64,000 bases of DNA from a virus: positions 1-64,000 of IMG/VR virus record IMGVR_UViG_3300007513_002727; one strand, 5' to 3'. Position 1 is the first letter of the stretch; every line of letters begins with the position of its first letter. The position numbers were made by a program, and so were the translations under genes. The notes under the pieces are model-generated. The model saw only the letters and a program-made list of their open reading frames with translations, was not told the DNA's origin and ran no database searches. Shown piece after piece: positions 55,670-64,000 of this stretch.

Positions 55670-55828
55670 ATGCAAAAGCGAGCATCGGGTTTACAAGTGC
55701 GTAGAAACTCATTTGTCAACTTCAACCATATCACCCCCTTTAGGGTAATGCATTTTAGAAGCAGAGAGGCTGGTGACAGGCTTACTGCGAGACTGCGTAA
55801 GAACTTGTTCCCGATGTTAGGCTTTTAG
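55670..55828 (+). ncRNA. structured rod-like ncRNA, candidate 6S-like RNA
   Basis: End-to-end pairing AAAAGC/GCTTTT, AGCATCGGG/CCCGATGTT, ACAAGT/ACTTGT, GCGTAG/CTGCGT, CTC/GAG, then an internal bubble and TCACC/GGTGA. GC-rich compared with the flanks. Confidence 0.55.
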
Positions 55829-55829
55829 T

Positions 55830-56315
55830 ATGAGAAAAAAATCACAAGAGTTATTAGATAATTTAAACAAAATTACTGCTAAACCAAAAATGACATTTGA
55901 AGAAAATGTTGAATCTTATACTAATAGACATTATCCTAGCACTATACACAAATTACCAACAAGTTATGACAAAGCAAAACGTTATAAAGACGAAGAAGGT
56001 GAAGAATATATTAAAATTGATAGAGTATATGGAGGACTATACGAGTGCCAACTTAGACAAAAAGATGGTACAATATATAAAGGTAAACTCTATAATAAAA
56101 AAAGATTAATTAAAAATGAGGTAGATGGTAAAAACTTTTATTCACAATGTCATATGACGTCTGATGGACGTTGGTTTGATAACTGTGGATTACCAATTGA
56201 ACCACCAAAACAAGTAGATATTGAACCTGAAGCAAAACCAGACGAAGACGACATTAAAGAACAAAAAAGAATAGCACGTGAAAGAGAACAACGAATAATA
56301 GCAGGATTAAAATGA
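55830..56315 (+). CDS. hypothetical protein
   Basis: 161 aa; T.DGRWFDNCGLP. Confidence 0.7.
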   Translation: MRKKSQELLDNLNKITAKPKMTFEENVESYTNRHYPSTIHKLPTSYDKAKRYKDEEGEEYIKIDRVYGGLYECQLRQKDGTIYKGKLYNKKRLIKNEVDGKNFYSQCHMTSDGRWFDNCGLPIEPPKQVDIEPEAKPDEDDIKEQKRIAREREQRIIAGLK

Positions 56316-56623
56316 GTTGTTTGTCTTTACTTTTTGCCTTATCAATGCACATTGGATTAGAAGGAAATTATAATAACTACCATCCACACGCACGATGTCA
56401 AAAAGATGCTTTAATTTCAGGAGTTTATTATAATAGTGAAGATAATGTATCTGCTTACATTGGTCTTGAACATAACGGATTTGAAGTTGGATTAGTTACT
56501 GGTTACAGCCAAGATGTAGTTCCTATGTTTAGATATAAAAAGAATAATTGGTTTATTGCTCCTGGATATGAAATTGACGGAACTCATGGAATTGTAATTG
56601 GATGGGCGTTTAAGTTAAAATGA
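56312..56623 (+). CDS. putative small beta-barrel outer-membrane protein
   Basis: Signal-like N-terminus, GVYYNS, GLVTGY, alternating beta pattern at the C-terminus. Confidence 0.5.
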   Translation: MSCLSLLFALSMHIGLEGNYNNYHPHARCQKDALISGVYYNSEDNVSAYIGLEHNGFEVGLVTGYSQDVVPMFRYKKNNWFIAPGYEIDGTHGIVIGWAFKLK

Positions 56624-56772
56624 ATTCATTAGCAAAACTTTTTGAACCCAGCAAAGACCGTTTAATTGGTAATGCTAAACGTATGATGGACAATGCTAAA
56701 AATCCTTGGTTTGAACAATATTGGACAAAAGTTTATGTTCATCTTTGTAAACAATACAAAAAACTCAACTAA
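56620..56772 (+). CDS. small hypothetical protein (not in the ORF track)
   Basis: 50 aa; NAKRMMDNAKNPWFEQYW. Confidence 0.55.
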   Translation: MNSLAKLFEPSKDRLIGNAKRMMDNAKNPWFEQYWTKVYVHLCKQYKKLN

Positions 56773-56780
56773 ATACCTTT

Positions 56781-56880
56781 GTAACGCCACTGTTCTAGTG
56801 ACGTCGGCAAACAAATGACCCGTTTGTACCGAAAGGGAAGACCATAGAAAAGGGCCGGGCCGTACGCGAATATCTCGCCA
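56781..56880 (+). ncRNA. candidate structured leader RNA
   Basis: GC-rich intergenic stretch after TAAATA (56770); hairpins ACG.CACT/AGTG.CGT, CGGCAAAC/GTTTG..CCG and GCGA/TCGC. Confidence 0.4.
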
Positions 56881-56963
56881 ACAATCAAATATAGTGTAGT
56901 ATGGAGAACAATATTATTGACTCCTATTGCTGATCTATGCTACACTAAAAATGGAGATATACA

Positions 56964-57776
56964 ATGGAAGTCAAAAGAAAATTAAAACCAAGCGAAATAA
57001 ATGCCAACTATAGTGCATTACCAAAAGATATTAATTCATACATCGATGAGAGTGTGATGGCCAAACAGCCAGAGATAGATCTTTGGGAGTTCATGCAGAC
57101 ACGCCCAGATCAACTGTATGAAGAATGGGCATACGAAGTAGGATCTGACACAACGACAAAATATGAGGCAAAAGCATTTACAAATCTAAACCTTAACGAA
57201 GATGATTTTTTTCAATTCATGAAAGAAAATAAACACACTTGTCAAAAAAAATACTACGAACGGAGACCATATCACAATGGTAGAAGTGAACTAACTGAAA
57301 ACTTTCCAATGAAATGTGGATACAATGCTAGAAACACAGTTGAATATAATTGGGGACTTTATGGCAATAGCAATGAACAAGTAAAAGAGTTACTAGGTAG
57401 TCGTAAAGTATGGGAAGATAAAATTGGAATAGATTACGACACTGCATTAATAAGATTATTAGCATATATGCCAGGAATGATTCTGCCATGGCACGTTGAT
57501 AACTTAGGCAACTGGTGTAGAAACTATAAACATTTGAATCCAAATATTGATACTAGAATGTGTGACTTGGGTCCTATCAAAAGATATCTTGTAATGATTA
57601 CTGATTGGCATTGGGGACACGTAATACAATTTGAAAATAGTTACTTTCCTAATTACAAAAGCGGTGATGTATTTGATTTACCTATACCACGTCCACACTG
57701 CTCTGCTAATATGGGTATGAGAATAAAACTAACTTGTAGTATAAGTGGTGCTCAAACAAAAGATTATACAAAATGA
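56964..57776 (+). CDS. 2OG-Fe(II)/cupin oxygenase (Asp/Asn-hydroxylase-like)
   Basis: PG...WHVD, WHWGH, GD, HCSAN....K. Confidence 0.7.
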   Translation: MEVKRKLKPSEINANYSALPKDINSYIDESVMAKQPEIDLWEFMQTRPDQLYEEWAYEVGSDTTTKYEAKAFTNLNLNEDDFFQFMKENKHTCQKKYYERRPYHNGRSELTENFPMKCGYNARNTVEYNWGLYGNSNEQVKELLGSRKVWEDKIGIDYDTALIRLLAYMPGMILPWHVDNLGNWCRNYKHLNPNIDTRMCDLGPIKRYLVMITDWHWGHVIQFENSYFPNYKSGDVFDLPIPRPHCSANMGMRIKLTCSISGAQTKDYTK

Positions 57777-58495
57777 AACTAAAACATCCTATTTCAGAAA
57801 CTAGGATTGACCCAAAAGTTGCTGTTCCAAAAGAAATATTAGAGCAGTATCCTTGGCATTGGGATCCAATCACAACTGATCATACAGATAACACACACTT
57901 TATGAAAAACATAGAGTTTGATTGGAAGGGTTTAGGGGATTGGGCAATAAAAAAATGCAATGAACATTTAACTCCTCAAAAATATTGGAGGTTTGATTAC
58001 GAACAAGATGCAATATATCATGCAAAAGAAAACGTAAACAATATGCCAATTAAAGAACAAGCATTTCTTGCCTTTAAAAATAACACACACTGTGAAGAAA
58101 ATAGTCAATATTTTAAAATTGCAAATGAAGAGTTTGAACATTGGCAAGAACCACTTATGGATATGTTTCCAGAACTAAAAAAAACTAAAATGGGTGTGAG
58201 TTTATTTGTTCAACCACCCGGTCACACTATGTTCACCCATGTAGACACCTACAGTAGTTTTATAAGACGTACAGGAGATACAAAAGCAGACTACACTATT
58301 TTAAGAAGATATATGGCTTTTGTTCGAGACTGGGATTTTGGGCATTTCTTTCATTATGGAAATCATTGTTTCAGTCAATGGAGAGCAGGAGACTGTTATG
58401 ATCTAGTGCCTGGAGTATATCACGGTAGTGCTAATGCAGGATTAAATCCTAAAATTACAATTCATTGGAGTGGTGAATTAAAAGATAATGGATAA
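57773..58495 (+). CDS. 2OG-Fe(II)/cupin oxygenase
   Basis: QPPG...THVD, WDFGH, WRAGD, HGSANAG..PK. Confidence 0.7.
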   Translation: MKLKHPISETRIDPKVAVPKEILEQYPWHWDPITTDHTDNTHFMKNIEFDWKGLGDWAIKKCNEHLTPQKYWRFDYEQDAIYHAKENVNNMPIKEQAFLAFKNNTHCEENSQYFKIANEEFEHWQEPLMDMFPELKKTKMGVSLFVQPPGHTMFTHVDTYSSFIRRTGDTKADYTILRRYMAFVRDWDFGHFFHYGNHCFSQWRAGDCYDLVPGVYHGSANAGLNPKITIHWSGELKDNG

Positions 58496-59102
58496 TCAAT
58501 ATTTTAAAAAATTTCTTGCAGATAGAAATATTAATTTAAATGAACATATACAAATAGAAAAACTATGTTCTTTAGACATTGATCCAAAAGCATTTGAGAA
58601 TTTTGCAAACAAACATAGAGATGAAGCCACTGTCAAATGGTATCATCCAAGACCTTTCTTAAATGCAGAAACAAATGAACAGGCCATTAACGCAAACTGG
58701 ATTGGTTATAATGAACACAACACTACTGAAACAAATTGGGGACTAGATCCTAAACACAACAAAACTTTAAAAGAAATAATTGGTAAAGAAAACTTTAATA
58801 GATTAGGAATAGATCCTAATGAAACTTTATTAAGACTGTTAGAATATATGCCTGGACACTGTTTACCATTACACTATGACGGCTTTGAAGGATTTAAAAG
58901 ATTATATGGCAAAGAAAACAGCACAAGATTTTTTGTTGCAATAAGTGATTGGGATTGGGGTCATGCATTACAAGTTCATGATAATATTATTTCTAATTGG
59001 CAACCAGGCGACACTTATATTATTCCGGCAGGTGTATGCCATGCCAGTGCAAATTTTGGCATTTCACCCAAGTACACATTGACTGTTACAGGAGTCAGAT
59101 AA
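58488..59102 (+). CDS. 2OG-Fe(II)/cupin oxygenase
   Basis: YMPG..LPLHYD, WDWGH, WQPGD, HASANFG..PK. Confidence 0.7.
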   Translation: MDNQYFKKFLADRNINLNEHIQIEKLCSLDIDPKAFENFANKHRDEATVKWYHPRPFLNAETNEQAINANWIGYNEHNTTETNWGLDPKHNKTLKEIIGKENFNRLGIDPNETLLRLLEYMPGHCLPLHYDGFEGFKRLYGKENSTRFFVAISDWDWGHALQVHDNIISNWQPGDTYIIPAGVCHASANFGISPKYTLTVTGVR

Positions 59103-60151
59103 TGATTTCAAACGTAGCAGGTGATAGATTATACAATCAAATTCACGAAAGACTTAATGATGCATATCACAAAATTCACACTTCTGGAAACTGGATTGAT
59201 GGAGAATACTGTCAAAGTGCAGAACAAAAACTGAAACAAATTACAGGAAGAAAACACGCAAGACTAATGACTTCAGCAACAAGTTCATTAATGGTTGCTT
59301 TGATATCTTGGAACATAAGAAATAAAAATGTTGCCTGTGTAAATTACAGTTATGTTGCGAGTGCAAATCAAGCCGCTCTCTTAAACAATATAGATTTATT
59401 TGACGTTGATGAAAAAGGATTAATGCAATTAGATGAAATATTTGAACATGATCTTGTAATACCTGTTTCATTGTACGGCAATACTATTAATTACGATAAT
59501 TTGAAAGTGGGTAAAGATACAAAAGTTATTGTTGATTGTGCTCAAAGTTTAGGAGCAAAGTATAAAAACAAACCTGATGGTAGTTTTGGTGATGCGGCAG
59601 TATTCAGTTTTGCAAGAAACAAACCTATAGCAACAGCAGGTACTCATGGTGCTTTGGTTTGGGATGACGACTCCTTAACAACAATTATTCATGCAGTTTC
59701 TAACAATGGCAAATTAGGTAGAGATTCCAAGATACAAGCGTACGGAATAAACGCTGTTCCTATGGAACTACAAGCGGCACAAATTGATATAGGATTAGAT
59801 CATATGGGTGAATGGCAAGTAAAAAGAAAATCAATACATCAATATTATGTAGAACAATTTAAAAATTTACCCTTAGAAATTATACACGCAAATGACTATT
59901 GTGAATCTAATTATCACAAGTTTGCTTTAAAAACAAATCAAAGAAACGATTTGTACAAACATTGTCAAAAAAATAACATACAGGCTTTATTACATTATAC
60001 AGATAATTTTAGTGATTATTTTGGTTCTACTAAAGTGTTTCCAAACACTGATGCATTTTGTAAAACTGTAATTACATTACCAAATCATAGTTGGATGACT
60101 GATGCAGAAATAGAAACAGTTGCCAATACAGTGAAAGAATTTTATATATGA
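59102..60151 (+). CDS. DegT/DnrJ/EryC1/StrS PLP-dependent sugar aminotransferase
   Basis: SATSSL, VDCAQSLG, FSFARNK (PLP Lys), LP.H..MTD.EI; start revised to MISNV. Confidence 0.9.
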   Translation: MISNVAGDRLYNQIHERLNDAYHKIHTSGNWIDGEYCQSAEQKLKQITGRKHARLMTSATSSLMVALISWNIRNKNVACVNYSYVASANQAALLNNIDLFDVDEKGLMQLDEIFEHDLVIPVSLYGNTINYDNLKVGKDTKVIVDCAQSLGAKYKNKPDGSFGDAAVFSFARNKPIATAGTHGALVWDDDSLTTIIHAVSNNGKLGRDSKIQAYGINAVPMELQAAQIDIGLDHMGEWQVKRKSIHQYYVEQFKNLPLEIIHANDYCESNYHKFALKTNQRNDLYKHCQKNNIQALLHYTDNFSDYFGSTKVFPNTDAFCKTVITLPNHSWMTDAEIETVANTVKEFYI

Positions 60152-60684
60152 AAAATATTGCAGTAATAGGACATGATGGCAAACTTGGATCTGAGTTAAT
60201 GAAACAACCAAATACGATTGCTGTTCCATGGATGTTTGAAAACGATCACCAAGTTATTGCAAAATGGTTTGATGATAATCCTGCTGTTGATACTGTTTGG
60301 CACGTTGCAAGAACTTGTAGAAAACAAGGCACAAGACGTGACCATGAAACTTTTCTAACAGAACAAAAAGGTATGCTAGACTTAATGCAAACAAGAGCAA
60401 AACATTGTAGGTTTGTTTATGCATCAAGTAAGATAGTGTATGGACTAGGAGGTGTCAGCGACAACAAAGACGAAGTATTGCCAGTGCAAAAAGTGGCAGA
60501 ACATTTTTATGATGGCAAAGTTGGCATTCATAACTGTCCTGAATGGCAAACCACAAGGCAATTAAACATAAATGAACTGGACACCAAAAGAACCATTTAC
60601 GCCTGTACAAAATTATCAAATGAACAGATAATACAAAAACATTGTTCAAACTTTAAAATTATTAGAATATGGGATATAGCATAG
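60148..60684 (+). CDS. short NAD-dependent epimerase/dehydratase-like SDR
   Basis: VIGHDGKLG, YASS..VYG, YACTK; lacks the C-terminal domain. Confidence 0.7.
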   Translation: MKNIAVIGHDGKLGSELMKQPNTIAVPWMFENDHQVIAKWFDDNPAVDTVWHVARTCRKQGTRRDHETFLTEQKGMLDLMQTRAKHCRFVYASSKIVYGLGGVSDNKDEVLPVQKVAEHFYDGKVGIHNCPEWQTTRQLNINELDTKRTIYACTKLSNEQIIQKHCSNFKIIRIWDIA

Positions 60685-61385
60685 ATTACAAAAAACTTTA
60701 CGAGCAAGTAGAAACTGTAAATGATTGGTTAGACCTTTTAAAAAATCCTAATTTTAATTGGACTGAGTGTATGTTAAGTTTGTCTAATTATAAACCAGGT
60801 GATTACAGTTTTGAAAAAATAGGCACCATAAATGGCACATGGAACTTTCAATCAGACAATTTAAAATTAAAAGCATCTGAAAGTTTAGATAATAATGAGT
60901 ATGCAGACAAATCTGAAATAGATTTTAAAAAACAATATAATTTTCATCACGGGTATAAAGAATATGAATCAAATGAATTAGCCAACTCTATTGCTAAAGC
61001 ACTAGGATTTACAGATTATAAAGCGGCTATTAATATTCAAGAACCTGGTAGTATAAAAAATCTTCATGCAGATTCTTTAAATGGATGGTTCAAAGATGTT
61101 GAAAAGTATCAGCACGTTGCATTAGATAAAAATCTTAAACAACCTAAAGGCACACAAAATTTACACCGTGTGTTTGTTGCATTAACTGATTGGAAACCAG
61201 GCTGGATGTGGCAGTTTGGAGTAGACCATTGGACTAATTGGAAAAGGGGCGACGTGGTTAATTTTGATTGGAGAAATGTACCACACTGTACAGCAAATGC
61301 AGGCTATTCACCACGTCCTATATTAAAGATTACAGGAATAAGCGAATTTATTAAAAAAAATAAACACTTTAATATTGTTATATAA
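60669..61385 (+). CDS. 2OG-Fe(II)/cupin oxygenase
   Basis: QEPG...LHAD, WKPG, WKRGD, HCTANAG..PR. Confidence 0.7.
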   Translation: MGYSIDYKKLYEQVETVNDWLDLLKNPNFNWTECMLSLSNYKPGDYSFEKIGTINGTWNFQSDNLKLKASESLDNNEYADKSEIDFKKQYNFHHGYKEYESNELANSIAKALGFTDYKAAINIQEPGSIKNLHADSLNGWFKDVEKYQHVALDKNLKQPKGTQNLHRVFVALTDWKPGWMWQFGVDHWTNWKRGDVVNFDWRNVPHCTANAGYSPRPILKITGISEFIKKNKHFNIVI

Positions 61386-61421
61386 ATACTACGGAGTCAA
61401 AAAACCTATAGGAGACAAACT

Positions 61422-62171
61422 ATGTATAAGTTCGAAACTAAAACAAACAAAGAAGGCGTTATAGAGGACGTGATCAATCACCAACCAGAAGGATACAATC
61501 CTACAACTGGTATCTATGCTTCTTCTTACATTTTCCAAGGTGACTGGGAAGATGAACTTAAGGCTCTAAACTTCACAAAGAGAGGTCTAGGTTTTAAAGA
61601 AGTTGAGAAAGTTGATGCTATGAAAGGCCAAGACACTCAATACCTTTACAACTCTTTTAGAAGTGCTGATGGTAAGGACACAACTCACGATCAGTTACAA
61701 GACTTCTGGAAAGAAGAAAATCCAGCAGATTACAAAGATACTAATTCAAAACTTTCTTCACCAAAACTAGGCGCAATTTGCGATTGGTTTCAATGTGAAA
61801 AAACTAGAATTAGAATCTTCCAACAACAACCAGGTGCTTATATGCAAATGCACACAGATTTTGATAACCAAAGAGGTACAACTCTAGGTGAAACTTTAAG
61901 AATATTTGTGCAATTGACAGATCAACCAGGTGGTGCTTGGTATAGACTTAAGACTACGGATTCAGAAGTAAGCATAAATCTACAAAAAGGTCAATTTTTG
62001 ATTTTCAATCCAGATCATACTGGACACCAAACTCAAAACCTAACTGACATTCCAAGAAATGCTTTCATGTTAGTTGTTAAAAGAAATGAATGGTTAGATT
62101 CTTTAACTAAGAACGAGACTATGACTTTTATCAATGTAAATGAACTTGCAGAGCAAAAAAAAGCAGTTTAA
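61422..62171 (+). CDS. 2OG-Fe(II)/cupin oxygenase
   Basis: QQPG...MHTD, KGQ, HQTQN....PR; own TATAAATA and AGGAG. Confidence 0.7.
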   Translation: MYKFETKTNKEGVIEDVINHQPEGYNPTTGIYASSYIFQGDWEDELKALNFTKRGLGFKEVEKVDAMKGQDTQYLYNSFRSADGKDTTHDQLQDFWKEENPADYKDTNSKLSSPKLGAICDWFQCEKTRIRIFQQQPGAYMQMHTDFDNQRGTTLGETLRIFVQLTDQPGGAWYRLKTTDSEVSINLQKGQFLIFNPDHTGHQTQNLTDIPRNAFMLVVKRNEWLDSLTKNETMTFINVNELAEQKKAV

Positions 62172-62195
62172 ACTAGTTTAAACTACTTTACTAAA

Positions 62196-62225
62196 TCGTA
62201 GCGGTGTGTTATAATACCGCTACGA
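62196..62225. terminator. 12-bp intergenic hairpin
   Basis: TCGTAGCGGTGT-GTTATA-ATACCGCTACGA. Confidence 0.55.
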
Positions 62226-62230
62226 AACTT

Positions 62231-62977
62231 ATGATTGACTCTTACACTCAACAACAATGGGATAGTATTATAACTGTCAAAGATCTATTTAGGTTTTTAG
62301 AAGATCCTAAATGTGATGTAATGCAATTATCTGACCATCTTGTTGATATTAACAAAAGTTGTTTTTGGAAAGCGGCCAACATTAATTTTAACTTTAATGT
62401 AGATGAAATTCTAAATGCCAAACCAATTATTAAACATAATGAATTATCAACACATACCATGGATGCTAATGAATATAAACGACATCAACAATACGGTTAT
62501 GGAAATGGATATGATAAAATTTTGCCAAATAAAGATACTCATGAAATTGCAAAAATACTAGGATTTGAAGACCCATACACCATAACTGTAAACAATCAAC
62601 CGCCTGGTGCATTAATGGGAAGACACGTTGACTTCTGTTCTAGTTTTCTTTATGAATATAAAGATATTGCTCCAAATATTATTAATTTAGAATATGATAA
62701 AGCATTAGGCAAACCAAAAAATTTTAAAAACATTATCAGATGTTTTGTAGCACTAGCAGACTGGCAACCTGGCCAAGTAGTAAATTTTGAACCAAACTTT
62801 TGGACACAATGGAAAAAGGGCGATGTTGTATTTTTTGATTGGCAGAATACTCCACACGCAACAATTAATGCTGGATTTCATCAAAGACCATTTATAAAAA
62901 TTACAGGCACTTTAAAAGATGATACATGGGTAATGAACGCAAAAGATACTAATGAAATTAAACAGTTTTCAATATAA
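62231..62977 (+). CDS. 2OG-Fe(II)/cupin oxygenase
   Basis: QPPG...RHVD, WQPG, WKKGD, HATINAG..QR. Confidence 0.7.
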   Translation: MIDSYTQQQWDSIITVKDLFRFLEDPKCDVMQLSDHLVDINKSCFWKAANINFNFNVDEILNAKPIIKHNELSTHTMDANEYKRHQQYGYGNGYDKILPNKDTHEIAKILGFEDPYTITVNNQPPGALMGRHVDFCSSFLYEYKDIAPNIINLEYDKALGKPKNFKNIIRCFVALADWQPGQVVNFEPNFWTQWKKGDVVFFDWQNTPHATINAGFHQRPFIKITGTLKDDTWVMNAKDTNEIKQFSI

Positions 62978-64000
62978 AGTAGGAGAACACATTACCTGTA
63001 ACAAAATTAATGCTATACTTAAAAATGAAGAAACAAAACAAGGCATTAGTTTTATTACACCTTTTGAAGATTTTGATTTTTCGCAAGAACCTACCGAATC
63101 ATTTAATGAATTATTAAAACAACAATTCAATAAACTTAGACAAAACAATAATTACATAAAATTTTATTACTCAGGTGGCATAGACAGTCATATCTTATTG
63201 GATTTTTGTTTTAAAAATAATATTATGCTGGATGAGATTATATGTCTTAAGAGTGGCTTACCAGATGCAGACTACGAAATTGATCAATACGCAATACCGT
63301 TTTTGAAAAAACATCAAAATTCAATTAAAAGTAAAATTACAATTAAAGAACTTACAATTGAAAATTATTTAGAACACTACAAAAAAACTTTACAAAACCA
63401 TCTTAATTCTAACTACAGTGCTTTTCATAACTACATCCGCTGTTTTTGGCCTTATGATTTTTATGGACAACAACATGATCCAGCAATACTTCATATTAGA
63501 GCCATGGATAAACCTACGATGGTTTACGAAAACAATAATTGGTATGTGTATTTTCTAGACGGCAATCTTGAACCACACGAGAATAATTTTCAGTTTTATA
63601 GCAACAGTCCAAACATTATTGCCAAACAATGTCATACTTTCATAAATCAAAGTAATACCAATCTAACTTATAACCAACTATGTAAAACAATGGGTGTCAA
63701 ACTAGGAGATTATAATCAACCTGTTAAACAATTATTCTTTGGAGCCACTGACAACATTATAACTTATAAAGGACGCAATATTAGATATCACCACCCAAAA
63801 GAAAAAAAAGCAATACTCTTTTGTATTGAAAATTATCCAGACATGGTTGATATGTGGATAACTTATTTGGATCAACTTAAAAATTATATTCCTTCTTATT
63901 GGTGGGAGGCAGGTGCACCTGAAATGGGCACAGTAGGAGTATTATCAAAATTCTTTTGTTTAACCAAAAAAGATATAAAAACTGTAAATGAATTGTATCC
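62952..64000 (+). CDS. PP-loop (N-type ATP pyrophosphatase, asparagine-synthase-like) protein, truncated by the window end
   Basis: MKLNSFQY...EPTESFNELL...FYYSGGIDS; appears open to the window end and is absent from the ORF track. Confidence 0.7.
   Translation, partial: MKLNSFQYKVGEHITCNKINAILKNEETKQGISFITPFEDFDFSQEPTESFNELLKQQFNKLRQNNNYIKFYYSGGIDSHILLDFCFKNNIMLDEIICLKSGLPDADYEIDQYAIPFLKKHQNSIKSKITIKELTIENYLEHYKKTLQNHLNSNYSAFHNYIRCFWPYDFYGQQHDPAILHIRAMDKPTMVYENNNWYVYFLDGNLEPHENNFQFYSNSPNIIAKQCHTFINQSNTNLTYNQLCKTMGVKLGDYNQPVKQLFFGATDNIITYKGRNIRYHHPKEKKAILFCIENYPDMVDMWITYLDQLKNYIPSYWWEAGAPEMGTVGVLSKFFCLTKKDIKTVNELY

Noticed and set aside
55634-55828. 64-aa plus-strand ORF
   Set aside because: Its TTG start is the -35 box itself, and the region is better explained by RNA structure. 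A shorter leaderless ORF from 55670 cannot be fully excluded.
55670-55828. Retron msr-msd or SRP RNA
   Set aside because: No reverse transcriptase in the window, and no SRP domain IV (GGAA tetraloop with CAGG/AGCA) motif.
56805-56850. c-di-GMP-I riboswitch (GGCAAAC...GAAA...GG)
   Set aside because: The GAAA is not a tetraloop on the GGCAAAC stem, and the GACGCAAAG/P2 receptor elements are missing.
56884-56899. Additional NrdR-like box (CAAATATAGTGT)
   Set aside because: One base short of the consensus spacing and no partner box.
24352-62460. Minus-strand or nested ORFs over tctA, tctC, nrdAB, tail, rSAM and oxygenase genes (for example 24352-25125, 42660-42962, 49357-49767)
   Set aside because: Shadow frames of recognisable genes.

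Overview
AT-rich (about 30% GC by eye) segment of a large, T4-like or jumbo lytic phage genome. The host is most likely a marine alphaproteobacterium, SAR11-like, judged from a two-piece permuted tmRNA, DUF1178 and a TctA/TctC pair. The left arm (1-16.5 kb) is a minus-strand early region of short hypothetical genes, DNA ligase, an AAA ATPase and two peptidoglycan hydrolases, driven by eight near-identical sigma70-type promoter/RBS cassettes. The 16.5-18.3 kb stretch is a strand-switch hub with NrdR-box-like palindromes, duplicated palindrome-promoter cassettes and tandem repeats, and is a possible origin or terminus. The right arm is mostly plus strand and carries TAAATA late promoters that often sit 5-8 nt before an ATG. 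It encodes virion proteins, nrdAB, an exonuclease and PAAR. It also carries many auxiliary genes: ugd, four radical SAM enzymes, tctA/tctC, GPx, FTR1, ribosomal protein bL12, pcm, DUF3445, methyltransferases, and a terminal cluster of six 2OG-Fe(II)-type oxygenases with a DegT aminotransferase, an epimerase and a PP-loop enzyme. The most notable unexplained signals are (i) eight NrdR-like boxes at canonical 31-32 bp spacing placed away from nrdAB, (ii) a promoter-driven rod-shaped RNA of about 155 nt resembling 6S RNA, (iii) a two-piece tmRNA with a 22-aa tag next to rplL, and (iv) a DGQHR plus EHxxP two-gene module. All family assignments come from motif recognition by eye. No database searches were run.
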